Positions 36,498 through 45,552 of a DNA stretch of 64,000 nucleotides are shown in pieces. Location: NCBI GenBank assembly GCA_964568885.1, contig CAZMSF010000002.1, positions 4,367 through 68,366 of the forward strand. The letters are read 5' to 3'. The stretch comes from an uncultured Gammaproteobacteria bacterium (GTDB lineage Bacteria; Patescibacteriota; Microgenomatia; Levybacterales; GWA1-39-11). Positions within the stretch are counted from its first letter, which is position 1; every line of letters starts with the position of its first letter. Made by a program: the position numbers and the translations under genes. The notes under the pieces are model-generated. The model made no database searches, was not told where the DNA came from, and saw only the letters and a list, made by a program, of their open reading frames with translations.

Positions 36498-36641
36498 ATG
36501 ACGGATAAAGACACGGGTCCTATCAGGCCCGCACACGGTGGCATCCCAAGGGAGGTCACAGTTGCTGATGTTGAGGCCGCGAAGGCTGCCCGCATGAAAA
36601 CGGCAACCGTCAAGGTTCAACCGCCCGTCAAGCCGGCGTAA
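36498..36641 (+). CDS. 47-aa ORF at the 5' edge of the high-GC segment (MTDKDTGPIRPAHGGIPREVTVADVEAAKAARMKTATVKVQPPVKPA)
   Basis: An ATG sits 7 nt after GAGAAAGGAG, which lies exactly at the AT-to-GC transition. In GC-rich DNA, where every frame is open, this could be a chance ORF. Confidence 0.25.
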   Translation: MTDKDTGPIRPAHGGIPREVTVADVEAAKAARMKTATVKVQPPVKPA

Positions 36642-36688
36642 GCCGTCGACAACCCAACCCCGCAAACAAGACACATGAGGTACAAGCA

Positions 36689-39223
36689 TTGACCGCTAAC
36701 CCCGAATCCACCACGAAGGTGGGTACAACTGAAGGAGAGGTTGACCTCGCCGAACGGAATGTCGTTTGGCTCCGCGAGATCGGAGTCGAGCACATCTCAA
36801 TCGCCGGCGGTAAAGGTGCCAACCTCGGCGAGATGATGCGCACCGGAGCACCCGTGCCGAACGCTTGGGTTGCAACGGCTCACGCACACGCAGCCTTCGT
36901 CAGGAGTCTGCCGCAGGCTGTCATCGACAAGATGGTGGCCCTCAACGACGCAGACCGCAAGAACGTCACCGCCTTCGCAGTCCTCGTAGAGGAGATCAAG
37001 ACCGGTATCGAAGAACACGAGCTTCCGCTCGAGCTTCGGACGCTCTTCCTCCGTTCCTACGAGATGATGAGGCGGGAGGACGGCAGCCCGGAAGTGGTTG
37101 CCGTTCGGAGTGCAGCCCGTCCTGAGGACGGTGCTGACGCATCCTTCGCGGGTCAGCAGGGAACCTTCACGGACATCCGTGGAGGCGAGAATGTCCTGCA
37201 CGCAATCGTTGCGTGCTGGGGCACATGCTACGAACTCCGCTCGGTAATCTACCGGGCAGAGCTTCGGGAGCAGACCCTCGAAAGCGCAGCCGCAGAACCC
37301 GATGAAGTCCGCAAGCGCGAGCTTCTCGAGTTCGCCGACTGCCTCCGCCACGAGAACTTCGCGATGGCAGTCGTCGTCCAGAAGATGGTCCAGTCCTACG
37401 TGTCTGGCGTCATGCTGATGGTCGACGCTGCGACAAGCGATCCCGCGTTCATCACCGTCCAGGCCGCGTTTGGCCTCGGGCAGGGTGTGGTCGACGGGAC
37501 GATGGAAGCGGAGACGTTCAAGTTCCGCAAGGACGACGAACTGACGCTCGTTGAGGGGCCCATCCGCGTCGCACAGCCTGAGATGTATGTCCGGAACCCG
37601 GACAGCACCGGTTCTATCGAGGACGCCACCATCAAGGTGGCGACACCTCCGTACCTCATCAACGCACCCAAGCTCACGAGGGGCCAAGCACGAGCCATTG
37701 CCCGGTACGGCATGGACATCGAACGGCATTACGGAGCCCCGCAGGATATCGAGTGGGCCGCGGTCCAGGAAAAGACCGACTGGCTCGACTTCTTCATCCT
37801 GCAGACCCGACCCATCACCGTGAAGCCCATCCTCCTCAGTGGAACCCCCGCTCCGACAGAGTCGACCCTCCTTGGGACCGGCGCTGCCGCGAGTCCGGGA
37901 GTCGGCGTGGGGCGGATCCGTATCGTGACCGGCGACCCCGGCAAGGACGCCTCTATCCTGGAGATGGTTCAGCCCGGCGACGTTCTCGTCACCGAGATGA
38001 CCACTCCGGACTGGGTTCCTGCCATGAAGCGGGCGGCAGCCATCATTACCCATCAGGGTAGTGTGACGTGCCACGCCGCTATCGTCAGCAGGGAGAAAGG
38101 GATCCCCTGCATCGTCGCGGTACACAACGCGCTCGAACTCCCCGATGGGGAACTCGTGACGGTCAACGCAGCGACCGGCCAGATCTGGCTCGGCGAATGC
38201 CAAGACACCATCGCATGGTGGGCGGCAGAAGTCGAGTACATGAAGAAGATGGCCCAGAACGTCGAAACCGTCACTCACGTCTGCATCAACGGCGCATCGC
38301 CGCTCGATGTGCAGAAGGCCCTTTCCGAGGGCAAGCGGCCGCGCGGCAACACGCTCGCGCGGGCGGAGTTCTTCTACCTTGACGTCTTCAACCAGCACCC
38401 ACGGGCGCTTCTTGACGACGGCAGGCGGGAGGAAGCCGTTCAGACCATGGTCGACGGCTTCAGCGAACACGCGAACCTTATGTGGCCCGAAACGGCCACA
38501 GTTCGCACCAACGACCTCAAGCCTCACGAGCTTGGCAAGCTCGGTAACGGGCGGGGTTGGGACTACGAGAAGCCCAACATGTCCGAGAACCCGCAAGACG
38601 GGTATCGCGGCGTGGCACGCTACCTCGACCCCAACAATCCCGGCGAGCAGGAAGCTTTCCGCATGGAGGTCGAGGCAATCGCCAAGACGTTCCTTGCTGG
38701 CTGGACCAACATCCAGCTGATGCTGCCGTACGTCCGGGCGGTCGAAGAGTTGACGGAGTGCCTTGCGCTCATCGACTCCATCCTCGAGCCTCTCGGCGTC
38801 AAGCGTGGCGGCGAGGACGGACTCCGGGTCATCATGATGGTTGAGCTGCCTGAAAACGCACTCAACCTCGATGCCTACATCGACGAGGGCATTGATGGCG
38901 TTTCCCTGGGCTCCAACGACATGGGGTCCAAGGTGCACGGCCTTGACCGCGACTGGAAGGGTCGCGCCAAGTACGCCGCCATCGAAGTCGGACCGTCGAT
39001 GCTCAAGCTCTACCAGATGGTAGGCGAGGTTGCCCATCGGCGCGGCCTCAAGTACATCGGGTTCTGTGGGCAGGGCGTTGCGCTCTTCCCCGAACTCGCC
39101 GGCAAGCTCGTCGGCTGGCACTACACGCACATCGGTTGCTCGCCCGACTCGTTCGAGGCGACACTGATCAATACGTACAACGCCGAGTTGCGGCTTGGCA
39201 TCAGGGCCCACAAGGCCGCTTAG
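36689..39223 (+). CDS. ppsA: phosphoenolpyruvate synthase-like enzyme (pyruvate, water dikinase family)
   Basis: N-terminal PPDK_N/ATP-grasp segment ISIAGGKGANLGEMM…VPNAWVATAHA. Central phosphohistidine swivel motif HQGSVTCHAAIVSREKGIPCIVAV (compare E. coli PpsA GGRTCHAAIIARELGIP). C-terminal PEP-utilising TIM barrel VIMMVELPENALNLDAYIDEGIDGVSLGSNDMGS…DRD. The start is TTG 36689 or GTG 36716. The 832-aa minus-strand ORF 36797..39295 is a GC artifact. Confidence 0.8.
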   Translation: MTANPESTTKVGTTEGEVDLAERNVVWLREIGVEHISIAGGKGANLGEMMRTGAPVPNAWVATAHAHAAFVRSLPQAVIDKMVALNDADRKNVTAFAVLVEEIKTGIEEHELPLELRTLFLRSYEMMRREDGSPEVVAVRSAARPEDGADASFAGQQGTFTDIRGGENVLHAIVACWGTCYELRSVIYRAELREQTLESAAAEPDEVRKRELLEFADCLRHENFAMAVVVQKMVQSYVSGVMLMVDAATSDPAFITVQAAFGLGQGVVDGTMEAETFKFRKDDELTLVEGPIRVAQPEMYVRNPDSTGSIEDATIKVATPPYLINAPKLTRGQARAIARYGMDIERHYGAPQDIEWAAVQEKTDWLDFFILQTRPITVKPILLSGTPAPTESTLLGTGAAASPGVGVGRIRIVTGDPGKDASILEMVQPGDVLVTEMTTPDWVPAMKRAAAIITHQGSVTCHAAIVSREKGIPCIVAVHNALELPDGELVTVNAATGQIWLGECQDTIAWWAAEVEYMKKMAQNVETVTHVCINGASPLDVQKALSEGKRPRGNTLARAEFFYLDVFNQHPRALLDDGRREEAVQTMVDGFSEHANLMWPETATVRTNDLKPHELGKLGNGRGWDYEKPNMSENPQDGYRGVARYLDPNNPGEQEAFRMEVEAIAKTFLAGWTNIQLMLPYVRAVEELTECLALIDSILEPLGVKRGGEDGLRVIMMVELPENALNLDAYIDEGIDGVSLGSNDMGSKVHGLDRDWKGRAKYAAIEVGPSMLKLYQMVGEVAHRRGLKYIGFCGQGVALFPELAGKLVGWHYTHIGCSPDSFEATLINTYNAELRLGIRAHKAA

Positions 39224-39524
39224 ACCGGAGCTCACCGTGAAGCGCGAGTTCCGGATCTTCCATACGAAAACCAGGCCGACCGCGAGGTCGGACACCGGGG
39301 ATGGTCCATACGGTCCATCCTCGCCCCTCCGCCGGTATGAGCGGGCAGACCCACAAGTGGTCTCCCTGCCATTCGGCGGGGGGACCTACATAAACAACTC
39401 AAAACCCCTAACTTAAAACTCAAATCTTATTTTCCAATATCCTCAAGTTTTTCTTACCCTTCTTTGTTTCAATACCAAGACTACCAATATATGATGTATC
39501 AACCTTTGGTGAAAGGAGGTATAA

Positions 39525-39713
39525 ATGGCAAAATACGGAAAAAAAGCACAGGAAAAAATATCCGATGTCATGCATGAATATGGGAAAGGAAAATTGAAAT
39601 CCGGCAGAAGCGGAAAGAAGGTGACGAGTCAAAAGCAAGCGGTAGCGATAGGAATTTCTGAAGCCAGAAAAGAGGGAGATAAAGTGCCAACGCCGAAAAA
39701 GCATTACGCTTAG
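39525..39713 (+). CDS. small basic conserved protein (DUF6496-like, ~62 aa)
   Basis: A strong AAAGGAGGT Shine-Dalgarno lies 7 nt before the ATG. The product is MAKYGKKAQEKISDVMHEYGKGKLKSGRSGKKVTSQKQAVAIGISEARKEG. Confidence 0.55.
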   Translation: MAKYGKKAQEKISDVMHEYGKGKLKSGRSGKKVTSQKQAVAIGISEARKEGDKVPTPKKHYA

Positions 39714-39902
39714 ATGTATGAGGGGTCCTGTCTGCGCTCTTCCCCCGTCCGACAATCCTCATCGCTCACTTCGCTCGGATTGCGGGTGCTCGACGGGGGT
39801 CCCCCTTCGCTTGCCACCCCAGATGAAATTAGTTTAGTCTTTTTGAAACAGAAAAGAAAGAGGAAAGGAGAGGAAAATTAACCTCTAAAGGATAAAGGAT
39901 TT

Positions 39903-40184
39903 ATGAGAAAGGTTAATACTGAGAAAATTGAACCGAATTTAGCGCTTTGGGAGCTTGAGATAGAGCAGTTGGAAGGTCGCTCGCTTGAGAAAAAAGGAAG
40001 AGAAGAGATAAACGAAATGTTATCTGAGGGATGGCTTTTATTGTCTGTCTATACTTTGCGTTTTAAAGACGGGGAAGATACTTGGCTTGAGCGACCGATG
40101 GCGATTTTGGGACTTCCAAAACATCCTGTAAAAATAAAGAGAAAGAAAGAGAAAAAGGCATATCCCGAGTCGGTAGTTTTGTAA
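39903..40184 (+). CDS. hypothetical protein
   Basis: 93-aa ORF with an AAAGGATAAAGGA Shine-Dalgarno. Confidence 0.4.
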   Translation: MRKVNTEKIEPNLALWELEIEQLEGRSLEKKGREEINEMLSEGWLLLSVYTLRFKDGEDTWLERPMAILGLPKHPVKIKRKKEKKAYPESVVL

Positions 40185-40201
40185 AAACTTAAAGCCCCGG
40201 T

Positions 40202-40840
40202 TTATTTAGTTGTAAGAATAGTCGTTGAAAGTAGTGTTGCGTGCATGTATGCATCGTGCATTGAGGAGTACATCTTCTGATAATTCTTGTCGGCATAAGA
40301 GTCCAAAATCGCTTTTTCGTCTAATACGTGGCGGGCAAAATAATTTTGCGCATTCATGTACGAATCAACGTTTTTTCCTTGAGCAAGAAGCGATGAAAAA
40401 TCATCGGTGAATTTTTGGAGACTTTGAAGGGCAATTGTTTCTCTTGCATTGTCTTTTAGCTTTTTTGCATCTGCGTAATCAAGGAAAGCGTTAATGTGGT
40501 TTGTCCAAATAGTCAAAAATTTATTTTTTACGTCTACCCCATACAAACTTTCCATCTGCGAGGCAAGTTGTTGGGTGTTATCATCAACCGCCTGCTTTGA
40601 TGCTTGAAAGTCTGCCCTCCGTTCGTAGCGCGATATTAACATCTGCCCGCCGACAAGTGCATGCTCTCCCATAAGAGTATCCAGAGTTTGCTGTTTTTGT
40701 TCGGTAGAAAGTGGGGGTGTTGTTGGGGTGGTTTTTGGTTGTTGAGCAAAAACGTTTTGAAGAGCCGGTACTTGGAGGATAACAGGGGCAGCCAGCATAA
40801 CAAAAAGAAGTGAAAGTATAAAGAAAAGATTTTTTGACAT
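40202..40840 (-). CDS. hypothetical secreted protein
   Basis: Signal peptide MSKNLFFILSLLFVMLAAPVILQVPA. Confidence 0.5.
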   Translation of the reverse strand: MSKNLFFILSLLFVMLAAPVILQVPALQNVFAQQPKTTPTTPPLSTEQKQQTLDTLMGEHALVGGQMLISRYERRADFQASKQAVDDNTQQLASQMESLYGVDVKNKFLTIWTNHINAFLDYADAKKLKDNARETIALQSLQKFTDDFSSLLAQGKNVDSYMNAQNYFARHVLDEKAILDSYADKNYQKMYSSMHDAYMHATLLSTTILTTK

Positions 40841-40902
40841 ATGGCAAGTGTAAACGGTAGGAGCAAAAGGTGAGTTAATGAACGGTATGAATTTTACAAG
40901 AA

Positions 40903-42015
40903 CTATTCGAATTTGAAGAGGAAGAATTCGCAGGATTGCTGAGTGATTTGAGCGGGCCCGACAGTCGGTGTCGGGGTGGGGGTGTCTGTTGGGGTCGGAG
41001 GGACAAAGGTTTTCAGGTTAAGCTGAGGATTTCTTACCGGCTTGGGAGTCGCCGTAGGAGTCGAGTTTTGTTGTTCGGTGTCATTTCCCCCACCAAAAAG
41101 ATTTGCAAAGAAGGAGGCTACATTATCAAAAAATGATTTGTTGCTTGTTGATGCTCCGAGGATTACAGTGTTGCCGACGACCGGAACAAATGCGGTTTTT
41201 TTATCGCATGTCGGTACCGCCTGGACACGATAAACCTGTCCCTTTTCCATTGAGGAGGGAACATCAAGGTCCCACGTTGCTTTATACCGGGTTTTTTGGG
41301 CGGTAGTTTCGGCAACAATTGCAGCTATATTTTCTTTTTTGTCGATTGTCACAATTTTATCAGCTTCTTTGTAGAGAGTGAATGTGAAGGCGGAGATTTT
41401 GGCGTATTTCCCGTCATCACCTTCAACTTTACCAAAGGCAGTAATTGCAGTTTTTCCTCCGCGGATAATTGCACCTGCCTCAAGTCCATCGCATTTACAC
41501 ATATTTTGTGCAAAAGGTGTCGAGCATTTATTGTTGGTGCAGGCCGTGCACCCCGCGTCTTTTGCAGCACCCGTGCAGTCACCATCTTTTGTGCACGCTA
41601 CCCCACACGCAGGGGGAGTTTTGCAAACGCCACTAATACAAGCTGTACAGGAATCTTTTGCGCCAGTGCAGTCACCATCTTTTGTGCACGCTACCCCACA
41701 CGCAGGGGGAGTTTTGCATGCGCCGCTTATGCATGCGGTGCAGCCGTCTTTTGCTCCCTCGCAGTCTCCGTCTCTAGTGCATGCGACATTGCATGCAGGA
41801 GCCTTCTTGCACGTATATCCGTTGGTGCCTGAAACGCAGTCAGAGCAATCTTGTGGGCACGCGACTCCACCGGGGGTACATGTCTGGCCGCAGGCAGGAG
41901 GGGGTTGGGTCGGAAGACAGACATTATCAACTGCCCGTGCTTTTTGAGTAGTCAAGAATATAAATATTAGTGCAAAAAATCCTACCAATAATGTTTTAAA
42001 AGCTACAATTTTCAT
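40903..42015 (-). CDS. secreted protein with three 31-aa Cys-rich repeats (PACGVACTKDGDCTGAKDSCTACISGVCKTP)
   Basis: An N-terminal signal, with the repeats encoded at about 41521-41802. Its start overlaps the stop of the 42012..44249 gene (ATGA). Confidence 0.6.
   Translation of the reverse strand: MKIVAFKTLLVGFFALIFIFLTTQKARAVDNVCLPTQPPPACGQTCTPGGVACPQDCSDCVSGTNGYTCKKAPACNVACTRDGDCEGAKDGCTACISGACKTPPACGVACTKDGDCTGAKDSCTACISGVCKTPPACGVACTKDGDCTGAAKDAGCTACTNNKCSTPFAQNMCKCDGLEAGAIIRGGKTAITAFGKVEGDDGKYAKISAFTFTLYKEADKIVTIDKKENIAAIVAETTAQKTRYKATWDLDVPSSMEKGQVYRVQAVPTCDKKTAFVPVVGNTVILGASTSNKSFFDNVASFFANLFGGGNDTEQQNSTPTATPKPVRNPQLNLKTFVPPTPTDTPTPTPTVGPAQITQQSCEFFLFKFE
41521..41802 (-). repeat. three tandem ~93-bp coding repeats (Cys-rich 31-aa units)
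   Basis: Protein residues 72-165 of the 370-aa product. Confidence 0.6.
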
Positions 42016-44249
42016 AGTAATTCAAATGCTCCTAATTCTACTACGGTAAAACCATTTCTTTGAAGAGGGAGAATTTCAGGTCGAGAAACTGAATAGGGAG
42101 AATCAACTCGATGAATAACCAGGTGCACTCTATGCATCGTATCCGGTTTTGGTACAAGAGAGAGTGGGAGATTTCTCTCAACTTCTGCCTGATTTGCGAT
42201 TCCGATGAAATAATAACGGGCTTTAGTCTTTATGGTATTGACGACATCTTGAGAAAGTCGGTTTGTCTCATTCTCATTTAAGCCAAGTTCCGACGCGATT
42301 TTATTTACTTGGGTCGGGATTTCACTTCTCCCTACGATAAATCCTTTCGAGGGTAGCGAAAATTGAACCGTCCGTGGGTCATACTCATAATAAAGGTACT
42401 GTCTTTCCGTACCGTTTGCCCGGATTGTTCCATCATGAAGTACTAGAGTCCGGATAGTGTTGTTTTTGATTTCCGGGTCCGAGTAGGTCAGCTTTGCGCC
42501 GGTTGAGACAATTATTGACTCTGTTTGAATTGGATAGAGAAAGATTGCAGGAGAAAGACCAGTAATATAACAATGTGGGTCTCCCGATTGATATCCGGGT
42601 TGAACTCCATTCGTGTTCTGAAATACTTTTGGAAAGCGGGTTTTACACACTTGCATTTCTGCCGGTATGTTAAGGTCAGGGCAAAGACCTTTGGCTATGG
42701 CGTTTATCATGTCAGTCTTATTTGTCGAGCCTGTTGTGCTTATGAGGTAATAAGTATTTGGTGCTGTTGATACTTGTCCAAGCACAATTTTTCCGTATCC
42801 TGGAATGTCAAAAGTAACGACCTTTGCATAATCTGATTCTTTCGAGCACTCAGTCGGCGTAGGCGTAGGAGTACAGGCTCCGCCACTAGGAGATGGGTTT
42901 GGGGAAGTCGAGGGAGAAGGGGATGTTGTGGTGGAGGGTGACGGACTCGGTGAAGATGTTGTTCCTGGAACGTTGTTGCCGTGGTCCTGCGCATAGGCCT
43001 TTTTTACGAATGGATTTGTGAGAAACCCAATTTGTGGCTTTGAGGCCTTAACAGCTTGGATGAATTTAACGGTATATCCTGAATTGAGTGATGCAACACC
43101 TTTAATTATGTAATACGGTTCGTATGAATCCTGCGTGTCTTCAAGCGGTTTTTCAATGTAGCCCATTACCATATCGGTAATGGTAGCATCAGTACTTTCT
43201 GCTAAATTGTTAGGATACACTTTCTTTAGGTCAACCGTTCCGGTGCCTGCGGGCATCATAATGGTAAAGTCGGCTTGATTATTTCTCACTTTAGAAAGCG
43301 CTTCTTGGGGTCCGATTATTTTTTCAGTTGTAATTTTTTTATCTCTATCGAGCTGCCGCATTGTTGAGCTGATAGTGACAATGCTTCCGTCTTTTTGAAC
43401 TCCAATAACGACGCTATTGAAATCAACCGGTCGGGAAAGTCCGTCTTGGTTGTTGTTGGTGTTGATGACACTTTCATCCCGTGGTCCGTTGGGGTCTGCA
43501 TATCCCGGGCTTAAAGTCGACATGAATTTTGTTTCGGGAAGGTTAAGAATGCCGGGAGGGTTAAGAAGCGGTGCGCCTAAGAGATTCCAATTTCTATGAC
43601 ACTCAACATACGTGACGTCTTTGGCATCCGACTTTTGGAAAGTTACCGGACACGTCACCGTTGCATCAAGCATCCCCAAAGTTCTGAGTATTGTTTCGGC
43701 AACGGATTGAGGATTTTGTGAGCCGGCGATTTTTAATCCGGTGGCATTATAGAAATCGAAAGTTCCCACTTTAGGGTTTACCAAAAGAAAAGAACTTTTT
43801 TCACCACCGTCTAATGTATATAAGTCATAATCATCCGAGCTTTTTTTAAGTTTTGCATTCGCAAGATTGAGTTTTTCCTTTAAGCTTCGTACCTCTTCGG
43901 AAGATACATTATTTTTTAAAGGGTATACTTTGACCGCAGAATTGGTAAGCGGTGAATTTTTTACTTTGCCAAGTGCGCTTCTGTCCTCGTATTTTGTTGA
44001 AGTAAATTTTGGAATTTGAGTGGAAGGAATTGTCTCTTGGGATGTTCTTGAGTTTGGCGATGTGTTTGGCTGTTTTGAAAATATAAGTATTAAAACCAAA
44101 ATTAAACCGACCGCTGCAATAAGTCCCACCAAAAGAAGTGTTTTCACAGGAAGCATTCGTGGTCCCTTTTTAAGGGATTCTTGGGTATCCGGCAAAGAGG
44201 GGGAGGCGGGCTGTTCCATAACATTTACTTCGGAATTTTTATTTTCCAT
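42012..44249 (-). CDS. large signal-anchored surface protein (745 aa) carrying the same C-terminal domain as the 768-5039 paralogs
   Basis: An N-terminal TM (LLLVGLIAAVGLILVLILIF), a Ser/Pro/Thr linker (SPSPSPSTTTSPSPSTSPNPSPSG), and the C-terminal PAIFLYP…YLYYEY…LGLNENE…PKPDTM…NGFTVVELG, which matches the family domain. Confidence 0.7.
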   Translation of the reverse strand: MENKNSEVNVMEQPASPSLPDTQESLKKGPRMLPVKTLLLVGLIAAVGLILVLILIFSKQPNTSPNSRTSQETIPSTQIPKFTSTKYEDRSALGKVKNSPLTNSAVKVYPLKNNVSSEEVRSLKEKLNLANAKLKKSSDDYDLYTLDGGEKSSFLLVNPKVGTFDFYNATGLKIAGSQNPQSVAETILRTLGMLDATVTCPVTFQKSDAKDVTYVECHRNWNLLGAPLLNPPGILNLPETKFMSTLSPGYADPNGPRDESVINTNNNQDGLSRPVDFNSVVIGVQKDGSIVTISSTMRQLDRDKKITTEKIIGPQEALSKVRNNQADFTIMMPAGTGTVDLKKVYPNNLAESTDATITDMVMGYIEKPLEDTQDSYEPYYIIKGVASLNSGYTVKFIQAVKASKPQIGFLTNPFVKKAYAQDHGNNVPGTTSSPSPSPSTTTSPSPSTSPNPSPSGGACTPTPTPTECSKESDYAKVVTFDIPGYGKIVLGQVSTAPNTYYLISTTGSTNKTDMINAIAKGLCPDLNIPAEMQVCKTRFPKVFQNTNGVQPGYQSGDPHCYITGLSPAIFLYPIQTESIIVSTGAKLTYSDPEIKNNTIRTLVLHDGTIRANGTERQYLYYEYDPRTVQFSLPSKGFIVGRSEIPTQVNKIASELGLNENETNRLSQDVVNTIKTKARYYFIGIANQAEVERNLPLSLVPKPDTMHRVHLVIHRVDSPYSVSRPEILPLQRNGFTVVELGAFELL

Positions 44250-44341
44250 ACCTATTTTATATTAGGAATAAATGTTTAAAAGTTCAAGCAACAAAAAATC
44301 CTACTTTTCAAATTGATGTTCACCGTTTAATATATTTCAAA

Positions 44342-44758
44342 ATGCCAAGAAGAGAACACGAGGGAAGAGCAATCAGAGGGTCTGAGGATCTGGCGCTTAT
44401 TAAAAGCAGTGACGACGTGCCGAAAATAGATAATCCTGCGGAGCGGGAGTTTGCCCGGCTGCTCCTTGATAAGACCTCCCTTGAAATTACACACGAGCCA
44501 ACGTTGTTTTATTATCACGACGACGAAGGGATATTGAGGGGAACACTCCCCGATTTTAGAGTGGTCAATCCCGATACCGGAGCTGCGACCTATATTGAAA
44601 TTACGACTTCAAGTAATGGAAAAGGCAGACAGCAGTCAATTATGCAGCGATTAGCACCCGATGTGCACTATGTCGTTTTCAAAAGAGAAAAATTGGAAGC
44701 AATTCAGAATAAATTCCCCGAATATCATTTTTTTAACGGAAACGGTCCGGCAAAATGA
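44342..44758 (+). CDS. hypothetical protein, possibly restriction-endonuclease-like (PD-(D/E)xK) fold
   Basis: LPDFRVV…YIEITTSSNGK is loosely PD…E.K-like. A TAATAT -10 box lies about 7 nt before the ATG. The call is very tentative. Confidence 0.4.
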   Translation: MPRREHEGRAIRGSEDLALIKSSDDVPKIDNPAEREFARLLLDKTSLEITHEPTLFYYHDDEGILRGTLPDFRVVNPDTGAATYIEITTSSNGKGRQQSIMQRLAPDVHYVVFKREKLEAIQNKFPEYHFFNGNGPAK

Positions 44759-45549
44759 TATTGCAATTTGAAAAGCGTTTGTTAACATGTACTATTCCTT
44801 GCCCGATAGAAATGCTGAATATTGAGCGAAACGCTTTTTTGGTATCCGGCGGTGGTTCTACCATGCTCGAGATGGTAAAAGCCTCAATGGGGGGAGAAAC
44901 TCCCGGATTTCAACCTGCAGTAGTCATAGCAAGCAATCCATATGCCGGTGCCATAGAGAAAGCCCAGTCAGTGGGTTTGTCTGTTGAAATAGTAGATCCT
45001 AATACTTTCCGCGGAGATGATGGAAAGGTTGACCAGTACAGTTATTACCAGGGTCTTCGGAAAGCAACAGATAAATATGGTGCAACAGTTTTTACTCAAA
45101 ACGGACATTTGCCTCTTACTCCCGTAGACTACATTCTCTATATGTCAAGATTTGGGCAGGGAGGTTTTAATCAGCATCCCGGAAGAGTTCCTGATTTTGG
45201 GGGAAAGGGAATGTTTGGACGACGGGTTCATGCTGCAACATTGATATTCAAAAGAGATGTGAGGAGTGACAAAATGATGACGACTCCAATCGTTCAGAGA
45301 GTTCATCTAGAATTTGATAAAGGAGCAGTAGTTGGATTTAGGGATGTTCTAATAGCGCCAAACGATACAGTGGATGAATTACAGCAAAGAGTGTTGCCTG
45401 TTGAGCATGAAATAAACGTCCAGTTGGCCAAAGATATAGGCTCTGGAAGAATACAAGAATATGAATTTGTATCAGAGATAAAACCTGGCGAAGAGATAAA
45501 TCTCAGAAATGCGAAACGGATTGCACGATTACTATATCCCAACGGTTAA
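44755..45549 (+). CDS. purN: formyltransferase-family protein, PurN-like phosphoribosylglycinamide formyltransferase (divergent)
   Basis: The formyl_trans_N motifs FNQHPGRVPDFGGKG and VHLEFDKGAVV, and the position directly upstream of purD. Confidence 0.55.
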   Translation: MILQFEKRLLTCTIPCPIEMLNIERNAFLVSGGGSTMLEMVKASMGGETPGFQPAVVIASNPYAGAIEKAQSVGLSVEIVDPNTFRGDDGKVDQYSYYQGLRKATDKYGATVFTQNGHLPLTPVDYILYMSRFGQGGFNQHPGRVPDFGGKGMFGRRVHAATLIFKRDVRSDKMMTTPIVQRVHLEFDKGAVVGFRDVLIAPNDTVDELQQRVLPVEHEINVQLAKDIGSGRIQEYEFVSEIKPGEEINLRNAKRIARLLYPNG

Positions 45550-45552
45550 TAT

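Larger units (their letters stand above)
36485..39395. other. high-GC (~62-65%) 2.9-kb segment embedded in ~40% GC genome; probable horizontally acquired DNA
   Basis: There is an abrupt composition shift at about 36480 and again at about 39400. Codon usage changes to GCC/CTC/CGC-rich. All six frames are open, which is typical of high-GC DNA. Confidence 0.75.

Noticed and set aside
36689-39223. Possibility that the PEP-synthase-like protein is a rifampicin phosphotransferase (an antibiotic-resistance cargo gene)
   Set aside because: Rifampicin phosphotransferases place the phosphohistidine domain at the C-terminus, after a rifampin-binding domain. Here the His domain is central, at about residue 450, and is followed by a PEP-utilising TIM barrel, which is the PpsA order.
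36797-39295. 832-aa minus-strand ORF, and many 60-140 aa ORFs on both strands, across 36696-39423
   Set aside because: They lie antisense to or overlap the PpsA-like gene inside the 62-65% GC segment. High GC keeps all frames open. No motifs are present, whereas the plus-strand frame has complete PEP-synthase domain signatures.
36456-39420. Imperfect direct repeats TAACTAAACT (36456-36465) and TAACTTAAAACT (39409-39420) as target-site duplication of the high-GC insertion
   Set aside because: They are short AT-rich strings in AT-rich flanks, and the match could easily be chance. No integrase or transposase lies nearby. The observation is recorded here, not used as evidence.
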